This document shows, piece after piece, positions 36,412 to 45,384 of a stretch of 64,000 nt of DNA. Where the stretch lies: positions 1 to 64,000 of IMG/VR virus record IMGVR_UViG_3300036820_000014; one strand, written 5' to 3'. The position numbers and the translations under genes are program-made. Origin of the DNA: a virus. Under the pieces are notes generated by a model, which saw only the letters and a program-made list of their open reading frames with translations, was not told the origin of the DNA and searched no databases. The stretch's first letter is position 1. Every line of letters starts with the position of its first letter.

Positions 36412-36981
36412 CTACCCCGGATTGCAATGATTGGGTGCCGAGGCGCAGAGACCAGCCAGCTTTGTGTCGATCGAGCTGAGCTCGGCGAGGATGAGCGCCT
36501 GCTTGGATTCGAGAACCGTGACCGTCAGGCCAGCCTCCTTGAGAATCTGGCCGACCGTCGTGTTGCCTGACACCTGGAGGGTCTGTTCTCTTTTGATCTC
36601 CACGACGAGCGACTTGATATCGGCATCCTCGGCGGCCAACTCGTTTGTCTGAGCCTTGATTGCGTTGAGAGTTCCGGTGTGGTTGTTCAGACCCGTCTGG
36701 AGATCTCCGAGCGCTGTCTGGAGGTCCATCTCTGTCGTGGCGAGGCCCGAGACGATTGTTGTGAGTTGGGTTACCTCCGAGTTGGTCGATTTCGAGTTCG
36801 AGTCGCTCTTGGTAAAAGCCAGAGAGCCGAGGACTATTGCAACGATCAGACCGACCACCGTTATGGCCGTGATCCATGCGGATCCCTTGTCGAGGAACCG
36901 GCTCCAGAGAGAACGGTCCTCCTTCTTTGCACGCATCTCCGCGCCGTTGTCGTAGACGGCGACTGCCTCATCGGAGGTCAC
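36412..36981 (-). CDS. TM + coiled-coil protein (lysis accessory)
   Basis: One TM, long heptad region, C-terminal Cys pair. Confidence 0.65.
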   Translation of the reverse strand: MTSDEAVAVYDNGAEMRAKKEDRSLWSRFLDKGSAWITAITVVGLIVAIVLGSLAFTKSDSNSKSTNSEVTQLTTIVSGLATTEMDLQTALGDLQTGLNNHTGTLNAIKAQTNELAAEDADIKSLVVEIKREQTLQVSGNTTVGQILKEAGLTVTVLESKQALILAELSSIDTKLAGLCASAPNHCNPG

Positions 36982-37214
36982 TTGTGCCGCCTGTCGTCGG
37001 GCATGTTGTGAATCTCCCAATCCCCCATGTGGAGTTCCATGCGCTTTATCGAGCCCGGTTGGATCTCTCCGTTCGAGTCTTTGTACCCGAGGAGAGACGC
37101 CTTCTCTAGTCTCCATTGGCGGTTCTCCTTTGCTTTCTGGCTTACGTATCGAGCTGAGCCTCCCGCTAATAGAACGGTCAAGCCAGCGATGACTGCCCAT
37201 ATGCCGTCACTCAT
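36978..37214 (-). CDS. Single-TM protein (lysis accessory)
   Basis: N-terminal TM; follows endolysin. Confidence 0.6.
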   Translation of the reverse strand: MSDGIWAVIAGLTVLLAGGSARYVSQKAKENRQWRLEKASLLGYKDSNGEIQPGSIKRMELHMGDWEIHNMPDDRRHK

Positions 37215-37247
37215 CTGCTCCCCGCTCCACGAACCTCAAAGCAGTTA

Positions 37248-37979
37248 CTAGGGCTCCACCGTGTACGGACCGGCGTCAGGGAATCTGGTGAGCCCGTTCT
37301 GGGTAGCGTCATCAACCCCCCAGTTCTCCTTACCTGGCGGCTGACCGCCGGCTGCGCGGAAGTGCAACAGATGGCCGAGTCCCACCTTCACACTCGAGGC
37401 GACCCCGAAGCAGTGGATGGTTCCGTCGGAACCTTCGAACGCGGTTAGAGCCATGTCTTCTTCTCCTTCTGGTAGCGGTGGTGTGGGCAATGGACTGGGT
37501 GGAGCGGGATCAAACGCCGTGATACGTGCGACACCCATGAGGAAAATGTCGACATCGTTAGGGACCTGCGATATCTCTACCCGCCCTCGCACTCCTGGCG
37601 CGACAAATGTTTCGGGGGCCTGGATCATCTGGCCGTTCCCGAGATAGACGCCGGTGTGGGCTGGCTGGGACTGGCTGTCGCTGGGGACATTGAACTCGAG
37701 GAGGTCGCCTGGCAGAGCCTTGGCCAGGGCCTGTCCAATATTTTGGACAGCGAAGGGGTCAGGGCTAACCCATATGGCCTTCAGGTTGTTTCTGCCGGCC
37801 TTGGCGTCGGCCCACATCTCCTCGGTGGTTCGCGAGAGAGCAACTCCTTGTCTGCCGGCGCTGTACTGCTCAATGCCCGAGCAGTCGAAGCCGACGTCAG
37901 GGGAGCTCCCGCCGAGCACGTAGAGGATGCCCAGCTGTGCATGAAGGACGGCCAGGAAACCGCCGACGGAGCCGGGCAC
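37248..37979 (-). CDS. Endolysin, NlpC/P60 (C40) peptidase
   Basis: YVLGG..GFDCSG, PGDLL.F, HTGVYLGNGQMIQAP; Pro linker. Confidence 0.85.
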   Translation of the reverse strand: MPGSVGGFLAVLHAQLGILYVLGGSSPDVGFDCSGIEQYSAGRQGVALSRTTEEMWADAKAGRNNLKAIWVSPDPFAVQNIGQALAKALPGDLLEFNVPSDSQSQPAHTGVYLGNGQMIQAPETFVAPGVRGRVEISQVPNDVDIFLMGVARITAFDPAPPSPLPTPPLPEGEEDMALTAFEGSDGTIHCFGVASSVKVGLGHLLHFRAAGGQPPGKENWGVDDATQNGLTRFPDAGPYTVEP

Positions 37980-38326
37980 TAGCCCGCTCCTATTCCGAAG
38001 CGAGCGGTTGCTCGAGCGATGCGGTCAGAGGCACCCGTCGGGCGATAGAGCCCGTAGTAGCTGGCGACCGAGGTGACCCAGGCGACCGCTATGGCCAGAA
38101 GGATCTGCTCCCAGTGTGCGACGTCGAGGATCCCACCGCTGAGAGCTGACGAGAGGACACCAGCCACAGCCGACAGTAACAAGTTCGCAATTGCTTTCAG
38201 CCATGCCGGCGCGGTCAACTGAGTGAGCACCGCCGTTAGTGCGGGCACGACGGCCGTGCCGGCGAGTGCCGACCAGAGCGCCGTCGGGGCAAGTGTGGCG
38301 GCAGCGATGAGGACGAGGAGCATCAT
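37979..38326 (-). CDS. Holin
   Basis: 3-4 TM helices, YYGLYRPTG tail, next to endolysin. Confidence 0.8.
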   Translation of the reverse strand: MMLLVLIAAATLAPTALWSALAGTAVVPALTAVLTQLTAPAWLKAIANLLLSAVAGVLSSALSGGILDVAHWEQILLAIAVAWVTSVASYYGLYRPTGASDRIARATARFGIGAG

Positions 38327-39240
38327 CGATCTTTGATGAGGTGCTCGATGTCCTCGATTACATCCTCGGCCTCATGCTCGACACGCTTGATGAAGCCCTC
38401 GCCGGGCTCGGTCGGTGCAGGAGGGTTGGCCGACTGAGGGATCTGGGCGAGGTCGCTTTCGAGCTGCGTCTCGTTGAACCCGCCGTCCGGGTCAGTACCG
38501 TTGGCGGCGATCCAGTCGCTTGAGACGGGAGCCCAAATCTCCTCGAGGTAGGCGGTCCGGAACGCCGGCGTGACGATGTACCAACCACCCCAACTCGGCG
38601 TCTTCCAGTTCTCCGAGGCGGCATAAGCGGCGGCCAGAGTGGAGTGGCCACCCCATGAGCCAGGCTCCCAGTCCCCGGTCAACGGCTGGCCCGCAGGGAC
38701 ATCCCAGGTAGTCCCCATGGACTGAGCCGCGACCGGGAGCGCCCACGCTAGATCGAGACCACCGCAGAGCCACATCATCTGTTGAGCGAGCGAGTTGTTG
38801 TCGAGTGGCACCGACGCGAACGCCCCGAGCTTGTGGACCTTGCCGTTCTGATCCACGATCCCGGTCGACTTCAGGTAGCCAAGAACGTTCGAGATGACCG
38901 CTCCCTGGTCGGTTGAGGGGTTGCCGGGGACATAGCCGCCGACTACCTCGTAGAGCTTCTCGATGATCGCGTCAGGAAGGGTGAGGACGACGCCCAAGGC
39001 GATCGCCGTCCACAACTGGATCTGGTGGCCGACCTCGGCACACGTGCAGTCGCCGAGCTGATCGTTCAGCATCATGCCCAGATTCGTTATGAGGGTCGTC
39101 TGATCCCACAGCGGTGGGTTTTCAGGAAGCCCAGACAGGGTCATGTACCGAGCAACGGTCAACCTCTCGGCATCGAAGAGCGACTCCTGGCGTCCGAGTC
39201 GCTTGCCTTCTACGGTGACGAGTTCGTTACGAGCGGCCAT
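38323..39240 (-). CDS. Papain-like (C1-type) cysteine peptidase
   Basis: GMMLNDQLGDCT, TDQG, WGGH, SWG. Confidence 0.75.
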   Translation of the reverse strand: MAARNELVTVEGKRLGRQESLFDAERLTVARYMTLSGLPENPPLWDQTTLITNLGMMLNDQLGDCTCAEVGHQIQLWTAIALGVVLTLPDAIIEKLYEVVGGYVPGNPSTDQGAVISNVLGYLKSTGIVDQNGKVHKLGAFASVPLDNNSLAQQMMWLCGGLDLAWALPVAAQSMGTTWDVPAGQPLTGDWEPGSWGGHSTLAAAYAASENWKTPSWGGWYIVTPAFRTAYLEEIWAPVSSDWIAANGTDPDGGFNETQLESDLAQIPQSANPPAPTEPGEGFIKRVEHEAEDVIEDIEHLIKDR

Positions 39241-39280
39241 CGGCGGATGCTATCTATCGACGCCCGAAAGACGGCGGACT

Positions 39281-39826
39281 TCAAACCGTGGTGTCGAGGC
39301 TGGCGAGCTGGACCTGGGCTCCGACAAGTACCGAACCACCTGTGCCAGTAGTGAGTGCTCCAGTCGATACCGTCACGTTCTCGGAATCGACCACCGTGAG
39401 TATCTGCGTGCCTGTTGCGAATATGCCGGGAGCAAAGAGGTACGAGCCAATGTCATCATCGGTGAAGTCGCCCGAGTCCGACTCGAGCGTTAGGTCGCCC
39501 TGAGTCGTGACGGCGTCACTAAGTTGCCTCGAACCGGGTGGTTCGGACGGGACCGAGATGTAGTAGCTCCGTACGGTGGCGCCGGAGATGTTCTCGACGA
39601 CCTCGTACAAAGTCGCTGGCACCGTCTGGTCGTTGGCAACAAGCGACTGAGCAATGGCGCCATTGACGAGCTCGGCCGGGACCTTGGTCTGGGGAACAGA
39701 CTCGCCGGTGTCCTCGTTGGTCATCGCCGCTGTGAGAGTGAATTCGACATCGCCATTGGGCGTCGAGCCGTCGGACCCGGTCCAGTCCCTCAAGACCATG
39801 ATCGTCGTCAACTGGCGGAGAATCAC
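39281..39826 (-). CDS. Virion structural/minor tail protein
   Basis: Beta-rich; G.V.FT, L.AND..P..T.Y.V.E; repeated module at C-terminus. Confidence 0.65.
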   Translation of the reverse strand: MILRQLTTIMVLRDWTGSDGSTPNGDVEFTLTAAMTNEDTGESVPQTKVPAELVNGAIAQSLVANDQTVPATLYEVVENISGATVRSYYISVPSEPPGSRQLSDAVTTQGDLTLESDSGDFTDDDIGSYLFAPGIFATGTQILTVVDSENVTVSTGALTTGTGGSVLVGAQVQLASLDTTV

Positions 39827-40074
39827 GGCTTCCTCTCGTAGGGCGGTACCTCTGGCGAGTGCCTGATTAGATGGTCGAGTTTTTCATGCAGCTCACCGAG
39901 AAAGTGGCGATGCACCCAGCCCTTTACCTTGTTGCGGAGCAACGGCCAGACGGCCGTGGCCACACACATCCCAACGAGGGTGTACTCGGCCGAGGCGAGG
40001 AGATCACCCCAGATACCTCCAGATCCGCCAGCCGGCCAGATCCAGATAGGAAAGAACCCAGTCGCCAGGACCAC
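39823..40074 (-). CDS. Small membrane protein
   Basis: GIWGDLLAS, TM, HEKLDHL. Confidence 0.55.
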   Translation of the reverse strand: MVLATGFFPIWIWPAGGSGGIWGDLLASAEYTLVGMCVATAVWPLLRNKVKGWVHRHFLGELHEKLDHLIRHSPEVPPYERKP

Positions 40075-40086
40075 GACGGTCCTCTG

Positions 40087-40434
40087 CTATTCGCCTGACG
40101 AATCCCCGTCTCCGTCAACGATCTCGGCGTCCACGACATCGTCGTCATCGCCGTCGTCATCCGTGACGGGTTCGCCATGCTCGGACACTCCAGCGGGCGT
40201 ATGCGTCCGCTGCACGCCGGGAGTCGTCACGTTGTCCTGAATCACCCCGGCGAATGGATAGGGCTCGGCATGTTCGGCTTCGGACGTCTCGGGTTCTGGC
40301 TCAGCTACCTCTTCGGGATCCGAGTCATCGAGCTTGGGTGCTGGGTTCGGAGGTGGAGTCTCGCCAGGCCGAGGGGGGATCGGGACCTTGGGTGCAGGAA
40401 CGCCTGCCTTCTTCTCACCGGACTGGTCTGACAA
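40087..40434 (-). CDS. Acidic Pro-rich disordered protein
   Basis: RBS GGGAGGA. Confidence 0.55.
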   Translation of the reverse strand: MSDQSGEKKAGVPAPKVPIPPRPGETPPPNPAPKLDDSDPEEVAEPEPETSEAEHAEPYPFAGVIQDNVTTPGVQRTHTPAGVSEHGEPVTDDDGDDDDVVDAEIVDGDGDSSGE

Positions 40435-40446
40435 CGGGGATCCTCC

Positions 40447-40863
40447 CTACTTGACGATGACGATGCCCGATACGGGCCTGGACTTGATGTGCGAACCGCT
40501 TATTTCAATGACGCTTACGCCAGCAGAAGTCGGGTGCTCTTGCAAGGTGCAATACCTCAGGAGATCGTCCCCGTCGGAAAACTCAATCGTTTCGATTGAG
40601 TCAGGGAAGACGCCGACCGTGGCCATTCCGAATCCCGTGGCATCGAGTGCGATCGCTATCGGATAGCCCTCGCGGATCTCTTGCTTTTCGGCGACCGGTT
40701 CCACCGGTTCCGTCACTGGTCCCGGATCGTCCTCGTCCTCGTCTTCGGTCGCGAACACCTCTGCCGAATCGATCCCATCGGCGAGCACGGCGCTCCCGGT
40801 CATTGCCTCCGGTGCCTCGTCTTCGGAGTCGTGATCCACGGCGCGGATGATAGTTACCCTCAA
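40447..40863 (-). CDS. Acidic hypothetical protein
   Basis: Contiguous ORF; start uncertain. Confidence 0.5.
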   Translation of the reverse strand: MRVTIIRAVDHDSEDEAPEAMTGSAVLADGIDSAEVFATEDEDEDDPGPVTEPVEPVAEKQEIREGYPIAIALDATGFGMATVGVFPDSIETIEFSDGDDLLRYCTLQEHPTSAGVSVIEISGSHIKSRPVSGIVIVK

Positions 40864-40881
40864 GGAGTGGTACGGGGACGG

Positions 40882-41973
40882 TCAGGCCGTCGTGCCGACT
40901 GCCCAGTTCCCCGACGCCGGTGCCGGCTTTAAGCCCACTGCGATGAAGAGACCGAGGGCCTCGGACCAGCAGATGTCCTGAATGATGAAGCCATCGAGCG
41001 GAGTTGTCTGGAGGGTCCAACTATTGAAGCCGTCTGTACTCGTAATGATGCTGGCGGCAGCTCCATCTGTGGAGAAAACACTGGCGACCCAGGTGTCCGT
41101 GTTCCCGAAGCACAGGCCCCAAATGCCGTAGGGAATCGAGTCCGCTCCGGTAGGAGCAAAGTCCGAGCCGTCGGCGCTCGAGAAGACATACATGGTGTTC
41201 GACGGCCCGCTAAGCGGCTGGTAGCCCAAGCACATAAACATGTCGTCGCCATAGGCGATGGCTCCGGCGACCGGCCCTCCGTCGCCTTCATCAACACCGG
41301 CGAGCATGTCCTGGGGCGTTTGCCATGAGCCGGAACTCCATTGGGTCGCAATGAGGTGCTCGGGGAGCAGGACACCGTCGGACGTTTCCCACGAGGCGAT
41401 AACCACCACGTTCTCCCCGTCTGAGGCATACCCGTAATACTCGATGATCCCTGACGCTCCCCCCGTAGCCCAGGCGGGTTCTGGGTCAGATGCCCAACCA
41501 ATCGGATCCCCTGTACCGAGATTCGTCAGGACGGATGTATTGATCGGAGCCGAAAACACCCCATCGGCAATGCTGCTGTCGGCGAAGCCGTTAATCGGTG
41601 GCCCGTTGTCAGGTATAGACCCGGCGTATTGCCCGAGATCGGTCCAGCTAAGACCGTCATCGGATTGCTGCGTGTCGGTTGTATCGCCTGGCGCGATCGA
41701 ACCGACGACCCACAGACCTAATTCGGGTAGCCACCGCACTGATCCCGATGAGGAGTTGAACCCTGGGAAGCCGCCGACCAGCGAACTCGTAACGGCATCC
41801 CACGTAACCCCATCTGTGCTCGTCACAAGCGGGTTCGTAGCTCCGACGCTGAGAGCCACGATTCGATCCTCGTTGGCTGACACTGACGCGCCGAAGCCGC
41901 CGCTGTCCCAAGTGGGGTTGTCTTGGAGCGTCCAGGTCACCCCGTCGGGGCTCGTCATGATCGTGTCGGCCAT
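40882..41973 (-). CDS. Minor tail/receptor-binding protein with Asp-box repeats
   Basis: TSPDGVTW, TSTDGVTW, QSDDGLSW, SSADGSDF, TSTDGFNSW. Confidence 0.7.
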   Translation of the reverse strand: MADTIMTSPDGVTWTLQDNPTWDSGGFGASVSANEDRIVALSVGATNPLVTSTDGVTWDAVTSSLVGGFPGFNSSSGSVRWLPELGLWVVGSIAPGDTTDTQQSDDGLSWTDLGQYAGSIPDNGPPINGFADSSIADGVFSAPINTSVLTNLGTGDPIGWASDPEPAWATGGASGIIEYYGYASDGENVVVIASWETSDGVLLPEHLIATQWSSGSWQTPQDMLAGVDEGDGGPVAGAIAYGDDMFMCLGYQPLSGPSNTMYVFSSADGSDFAPTGADSIPYGIWGLCFGNTDTWVASVFSTDGAAASIITSTDGFNSWTLQTTPLDGFIIQDICWSEALGLFIAVGLKPAPASGNWAVGTTA

Positions 41974-42551
41974 TAGGCCGTCGCCAGTCCTACGGTTACG
42001 CCCAACTCAACATGGATCACGAGGTCCGAATTGCTCTCCCCAATGTCGGTGGTAACGATCGTGAGTAGATCCGTGTAGGGCACGAGTTGCTGCACCGTCG
42101 TCACCAGCATCCGCCCCGAGCTCGCTGCATCGAAGCTGAATGATTGCAGCACCGTGCCGTTGTAAAGCAAGTTGAACTCGACCGGCCCAGTGTCAAAGGC
42201 TCCGAGATCAGCCGCCACGGCGACCGGGGCGCATGGGAATCGCGAATGCCATGGAGGAGAGCTGGCGAGGCTAAGTGCGCCCTGAAGGTGGAACGTGGCC
42301 TCGGCGAACGTCGGGCGAGGCCAGAACCCCCCGCTTGCAACATCCATGCTGGCGGCGTGACCGTCTTGGGCCTGCGACATTTGGTTCGAGTCCGCGAGCT
42401 GGTGAAGCAGGAGGTTGGCCTGGGCTCGGTTCGCCTGGAGGGCATAGATGGCGCGATCAATGTCGTCCAGCTTTCGAATGAGCGTGGACCAATCGACCGG
42501 TGCCTTCGACGTCGGTCCAGTCGGGTAGGGGATCGGTCCGGTCGTAGTCAT
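41973..42551 (-). CDS. Minor tail protein
   Basis: Short coiled coil then beta domain; position. Confidence 0.65.
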   Translation of the reverse strand: MTTTGPIPYPTGPTSKAPVDWSTLIRKLDDIDRAIYALQANRAQANLLLHQLADSNQMSQAQDGHAASMDVASGGFWPRPTFAEATFHLQGALSLASSPPWHSRFPCAPVAVAADLGAFDTGPVEFNLLYNGTVLQSFSFDAASSGRMLVTTVQQLVPYTDLLTIVTTDIGESNSDLVIHVELGVTVGLATA

Positions 42552-44476
42552 GATGCGTTGATGGTCATGAGACCGAGTGCTAACTCCTCGGTCGGGGGGT
42601 AGAGGGTTATCTGGGCGATCCTCATCAACTCGGGGCCGTAGGTCAGCCAGCCGTAGGAGAACCTCGCGGGGATCACATCACCAGTCGCCACCCGGCCCAT
42701 GAGGCCCCGAGGCCCGTCCGCGCGCTGGCGAGCGGTGGGCAACGCCTGAGCTCGAAGCGTCTTTGTCAGGTAGGCCTCGGCCGTACCGGTCAACGTCGAG
42801 AGTGGCTGATCGGGGTAGGCCGATTGTGATTTGTCCAGGATGATTCCGCCGACCCCGAGGGTCTCGCCGGAAAGGCTCAACTGCGCCGGCTTCGTCATCA
42901 CGACGGTTGTGGACGAACTCACGCTTTCGATAGTCGTGCCGATGCTGAGTGCACCGTGTCGGCTGTAGATCCCCTGGCCAATGTCATCGTCGGTGAAGTC
43001 GGCCGTGGCTGACGTGGCCGTAGTCGAGCCTTGGGTGAAGACCCCATCGAATACGACTCGACCGCCGAGGGAGCTCGGGAACGCTGCGTAACCGATCTCC
43101 GCTGCAGGACCGGTCTGGCCTTGACCGAGGACACGCTGAGCGGTGGCAACCTGGGAACCGTCGACGCCACCTTCTAGGTCGGTCACATCGCCAAGGTCGA
43201 TCTCGACCGGATAGTTATATTTCGTAGAGCCCTTGCCGGGGTTCGAGTACAGATGCAGCCATCGCTGGTGGCCGGTGGCATCCCATTGGAACTCGTAGTC
43301 GGCCACGCCGATCGATGGGAACTCCTGGAGCGCGTCGAGGATCCCCTGGTTGTCGGAAAACTGGTAGGCCCGCTGCAGGACAGTTCCCGTCAGACCGCCG
43401 GTGGTCGGGCCCCAAGCCATCGGGGACTTGCCACGGTTCGGGTCTTGGGCGTAATGGATGATGAGACTGACGATGTCGAAGACGTCAGAACCGTCCGAAG
43501 CCGATGACACCGACTCGGGAACCGCTGCCGTGCATGCGTCCCAGACGACGCTCGTTGCCGGGCAGTAGAGACGGAAGTCGAGTGTCCAGGTCGTGAACGG
43601 TGGGACCTCGATCGTGGTTTCCAGCCGGGTCCAGATGCCCTTCGGCGTTGTATTCGTGATCTCCTGGAAAGAGACCGCGACGAGGTTGTCGTCCGAATCG
43701 GTTGCCTGGAGATAGAGCCCTCGCTGTTGCCATGCCTGACCGTGCCAAGCCACGGCGGGGTCGATCCACACCCAGGCGGCGAAGTCGATCTCATCGCCGT
43801 CTCCGCCCGAGGTGAACGTAACCTCCTGGTGGAGGTAGACGTTGGCCTCGAGCGTCCCCTGCGCGAGCCGCGCGGCCTTCTTGCCGACCAGGACAACGCG
43901 CGTTTCCTCCTCGATGAAGATGTCCGACGTCGCTGACCAGTTCACGAGCGGGCCCAGCTCGAAGCTCGGGTTCAGGAGGTAGTTGGTGGTGACCGGTCCG
44001 AAAAGCAACTGTTGGAGAACCCATAGGAAGCCCTGGCACGTGAGGTGCACCTGGTCCTTGTCGAAGGTCGCGCTCACCGGCCAGCCCCACCAGATGAGCA
44101 CCTGGTCTCGCCATATCTGAATCTCAGCAACGCCCGGGATTGACTCGATCGGCAAGAGCGAAGCGTGCGGATCGGTGATCGAGAAGTCGATGAGCGCTTG
44201 GCCGAGGTCGTCTAGGTCCCACTCGACCTGAGTCGGAACGGCCGTAGTGAGTTTGCCGGTAGCGATGCCGTACTTGTCACAGACGATGACCTCGTAATCG
44301 TGCAAGCCGCCGGGCCCCGGAACAGGGTTCGGCATTGGTGGCTCCGCGTAAGCGCTGAACCATGCACGAGAGACGGCGCGTGAAAAGAACGCTGCGTCGG
44401 TCGGCGGCGGCGGCGGCGGCGTTGGGGCAAACCATGCGCGCGATACCGCACGTGAGAAGAAGGCCGCGTCGGTCAT
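42548..44476 (-). CDS. Minor tail (hub/Tal-like) protein with CBM-like insert
   Basis: EIQIWRDQVLIWWGWP; NYLLNPSFE...W carbohydrate-binding-like domain; GDVI at C-terminus. Confidence 0.8.
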   Translation of the reverse strand: MTDAAFFSRAVSRAWFAPTPPPPPPTDAAFFSRAVSRAWFSAYAEPPMPNPVPGPGGLHDYEVIVCDKYGIATGKLTTAVPTQVEWDLDDLGQALIDFSITDPHASLLPIESIPGVAEIQIWRDQVLIWWGWPVSATFDKDQVHLTCQGFLWVLQQLLFGPVTTNYLLNPSFELGPLVNWSATSDIFIEEETRVVLVGKKAARLAQGTLEANVYLHQEVTFTSGGDGDEIDFAAWVWIDPAVAWHGQAWQQRGLYLQATDSDDNLVAVSFQEITNTTPKGIWTRLETTIEVPPFTTWTLDFRLYCPATSVVWDACTAAVPESVSSASDGSDVFDIVSLIIHYAQDPNRGKSPMAWGPTTGGLTGTVLQRAYQFSDNQGILDALQEFPSIGVADYEFQWDATGHQRWLHLYSNPGKGSTKYNYPVEIDLGDVTDLEGGVDGSQVATAQRVLGQGQTGPAAEIGYAAFPSSLGGRVVFDGVFTQGSTTATSATADFTDDDIGQGIYSRHGALSIGTTIESVSSSTTVVMTKPAQLSLSGETLGVGGIILDKSQSAYPDQPLSTLTGTAEAYLTKTLRAQALPTARQRADGPRGLMGRVATGDVIPARFSYGWLTYGPELMRIAQITLYPPTEELALGLMTINAS

Positions 44477-45384
44477 ACCCAAGCGGGGTAGTACGAGATC
44501 GAACCGCCGATCGTGTCCGGAGAAACAGCCAGTTCGGTTGTGCCGACAGGAGCCACCAGCATTGGCGTCTCCAAATTGCGCAGGTAGTAGTAGTTGTTCC
44601 CGTCAGCGTCTTCGATCGTTTCGTTGTAGAAGTCGATGACGAGTGTCGACGGGATGTTTCCCAGCGTTGGTGCGCCGGCCGGCACTGTGGGCTTCCTAAT
44701 CTGCATGACCAGGCTGCCGAGAGTGAGGCTGATCGGCCCATCGCCGCCCCCTGTATCGGTGAGCGTCACCACCATGTTCGAGCTGGGCGTATTGCCGCTG
44801 TTCGCGATGTTGAGCGTCCCGTCAGAAAGGTCAGCGGTGGAGGCTTCCTGGGTGTACTTGAACGGGTCCTCGGCGTAGAACTCCAATTCCGCCTTGAACA
44901 GATAGACGGTCGACCCCGGCGGTATCCCGACTAACGGATCCAGGTCTCCTTCCTGGCTCTGAGCCGCGAGTGTGGTGTACCCCAGATCGGTGTAGGTCAG
45001 CTTTCCTTGATTCGAGTTGCCAGACCGCACGATCGTTATCTGCTTCGGCACCTCCTCATAGACGTAGAAGGTGCCAGTCGCGCCGGTCAGGTCGAGTGCG
45101 CCGGCGAGCAAGTACTTAGAGGCCTGGCGATTGACCTCAGTGGTGGCGTGCCCGTAGATCGTCATTACGATCGAGCGTCCGCGATAGTGCAAGTCGGAGG
45201 GGATCTCTCCTTGAGCTCGTGGAGTGTTGCCGATCTTCGTGAGCATCGACACACGCATGTCCGGAGAATCCCAGCCTCCGACGTCGTCTTGAAGTGTCCA
45301 GTAGGTGCCCTCGGCGTCGGCAGTCCCGGTGTTAACCGGGATCACTCCGTTGATGTTGTATTCGGTAAATCCGAAGTCATTCAT
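44473..45384 (-). CDS. Distal tail (Dit-like) protein
   Basis: GGWDSPD, GRSIVM, AEDPFKY, NSGNTP; follows tape measure. Confidence 0.8.
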   Translation of the reverse strand: MNDFGFTEYNINGVIPVNTGTADAEGTYWTLQDDVGGWDSPDMRVSMLTKIGNTPRAQGEIPSDLHYRGRSIVMTIYGHATTEVNRQASKYLLAGALDLTGATGTFYVYEEVPKQITIVRSGNSNQGKLTYTDLGYTTLAAQSQEGDLDPLVGIPPGSTVYLFKAELEFYAEDPFKYTQEASTADLSDGTLNIANSGNTPSSNMVVTLTDTGGGDGPISLTLGSLVMQIRKPTVPAGAPTLGNIPSTLVIDFYNETIEDADGNNYYYLRNLETPMLVAPVGTTELAVSPDTIGGSISYYPAWV

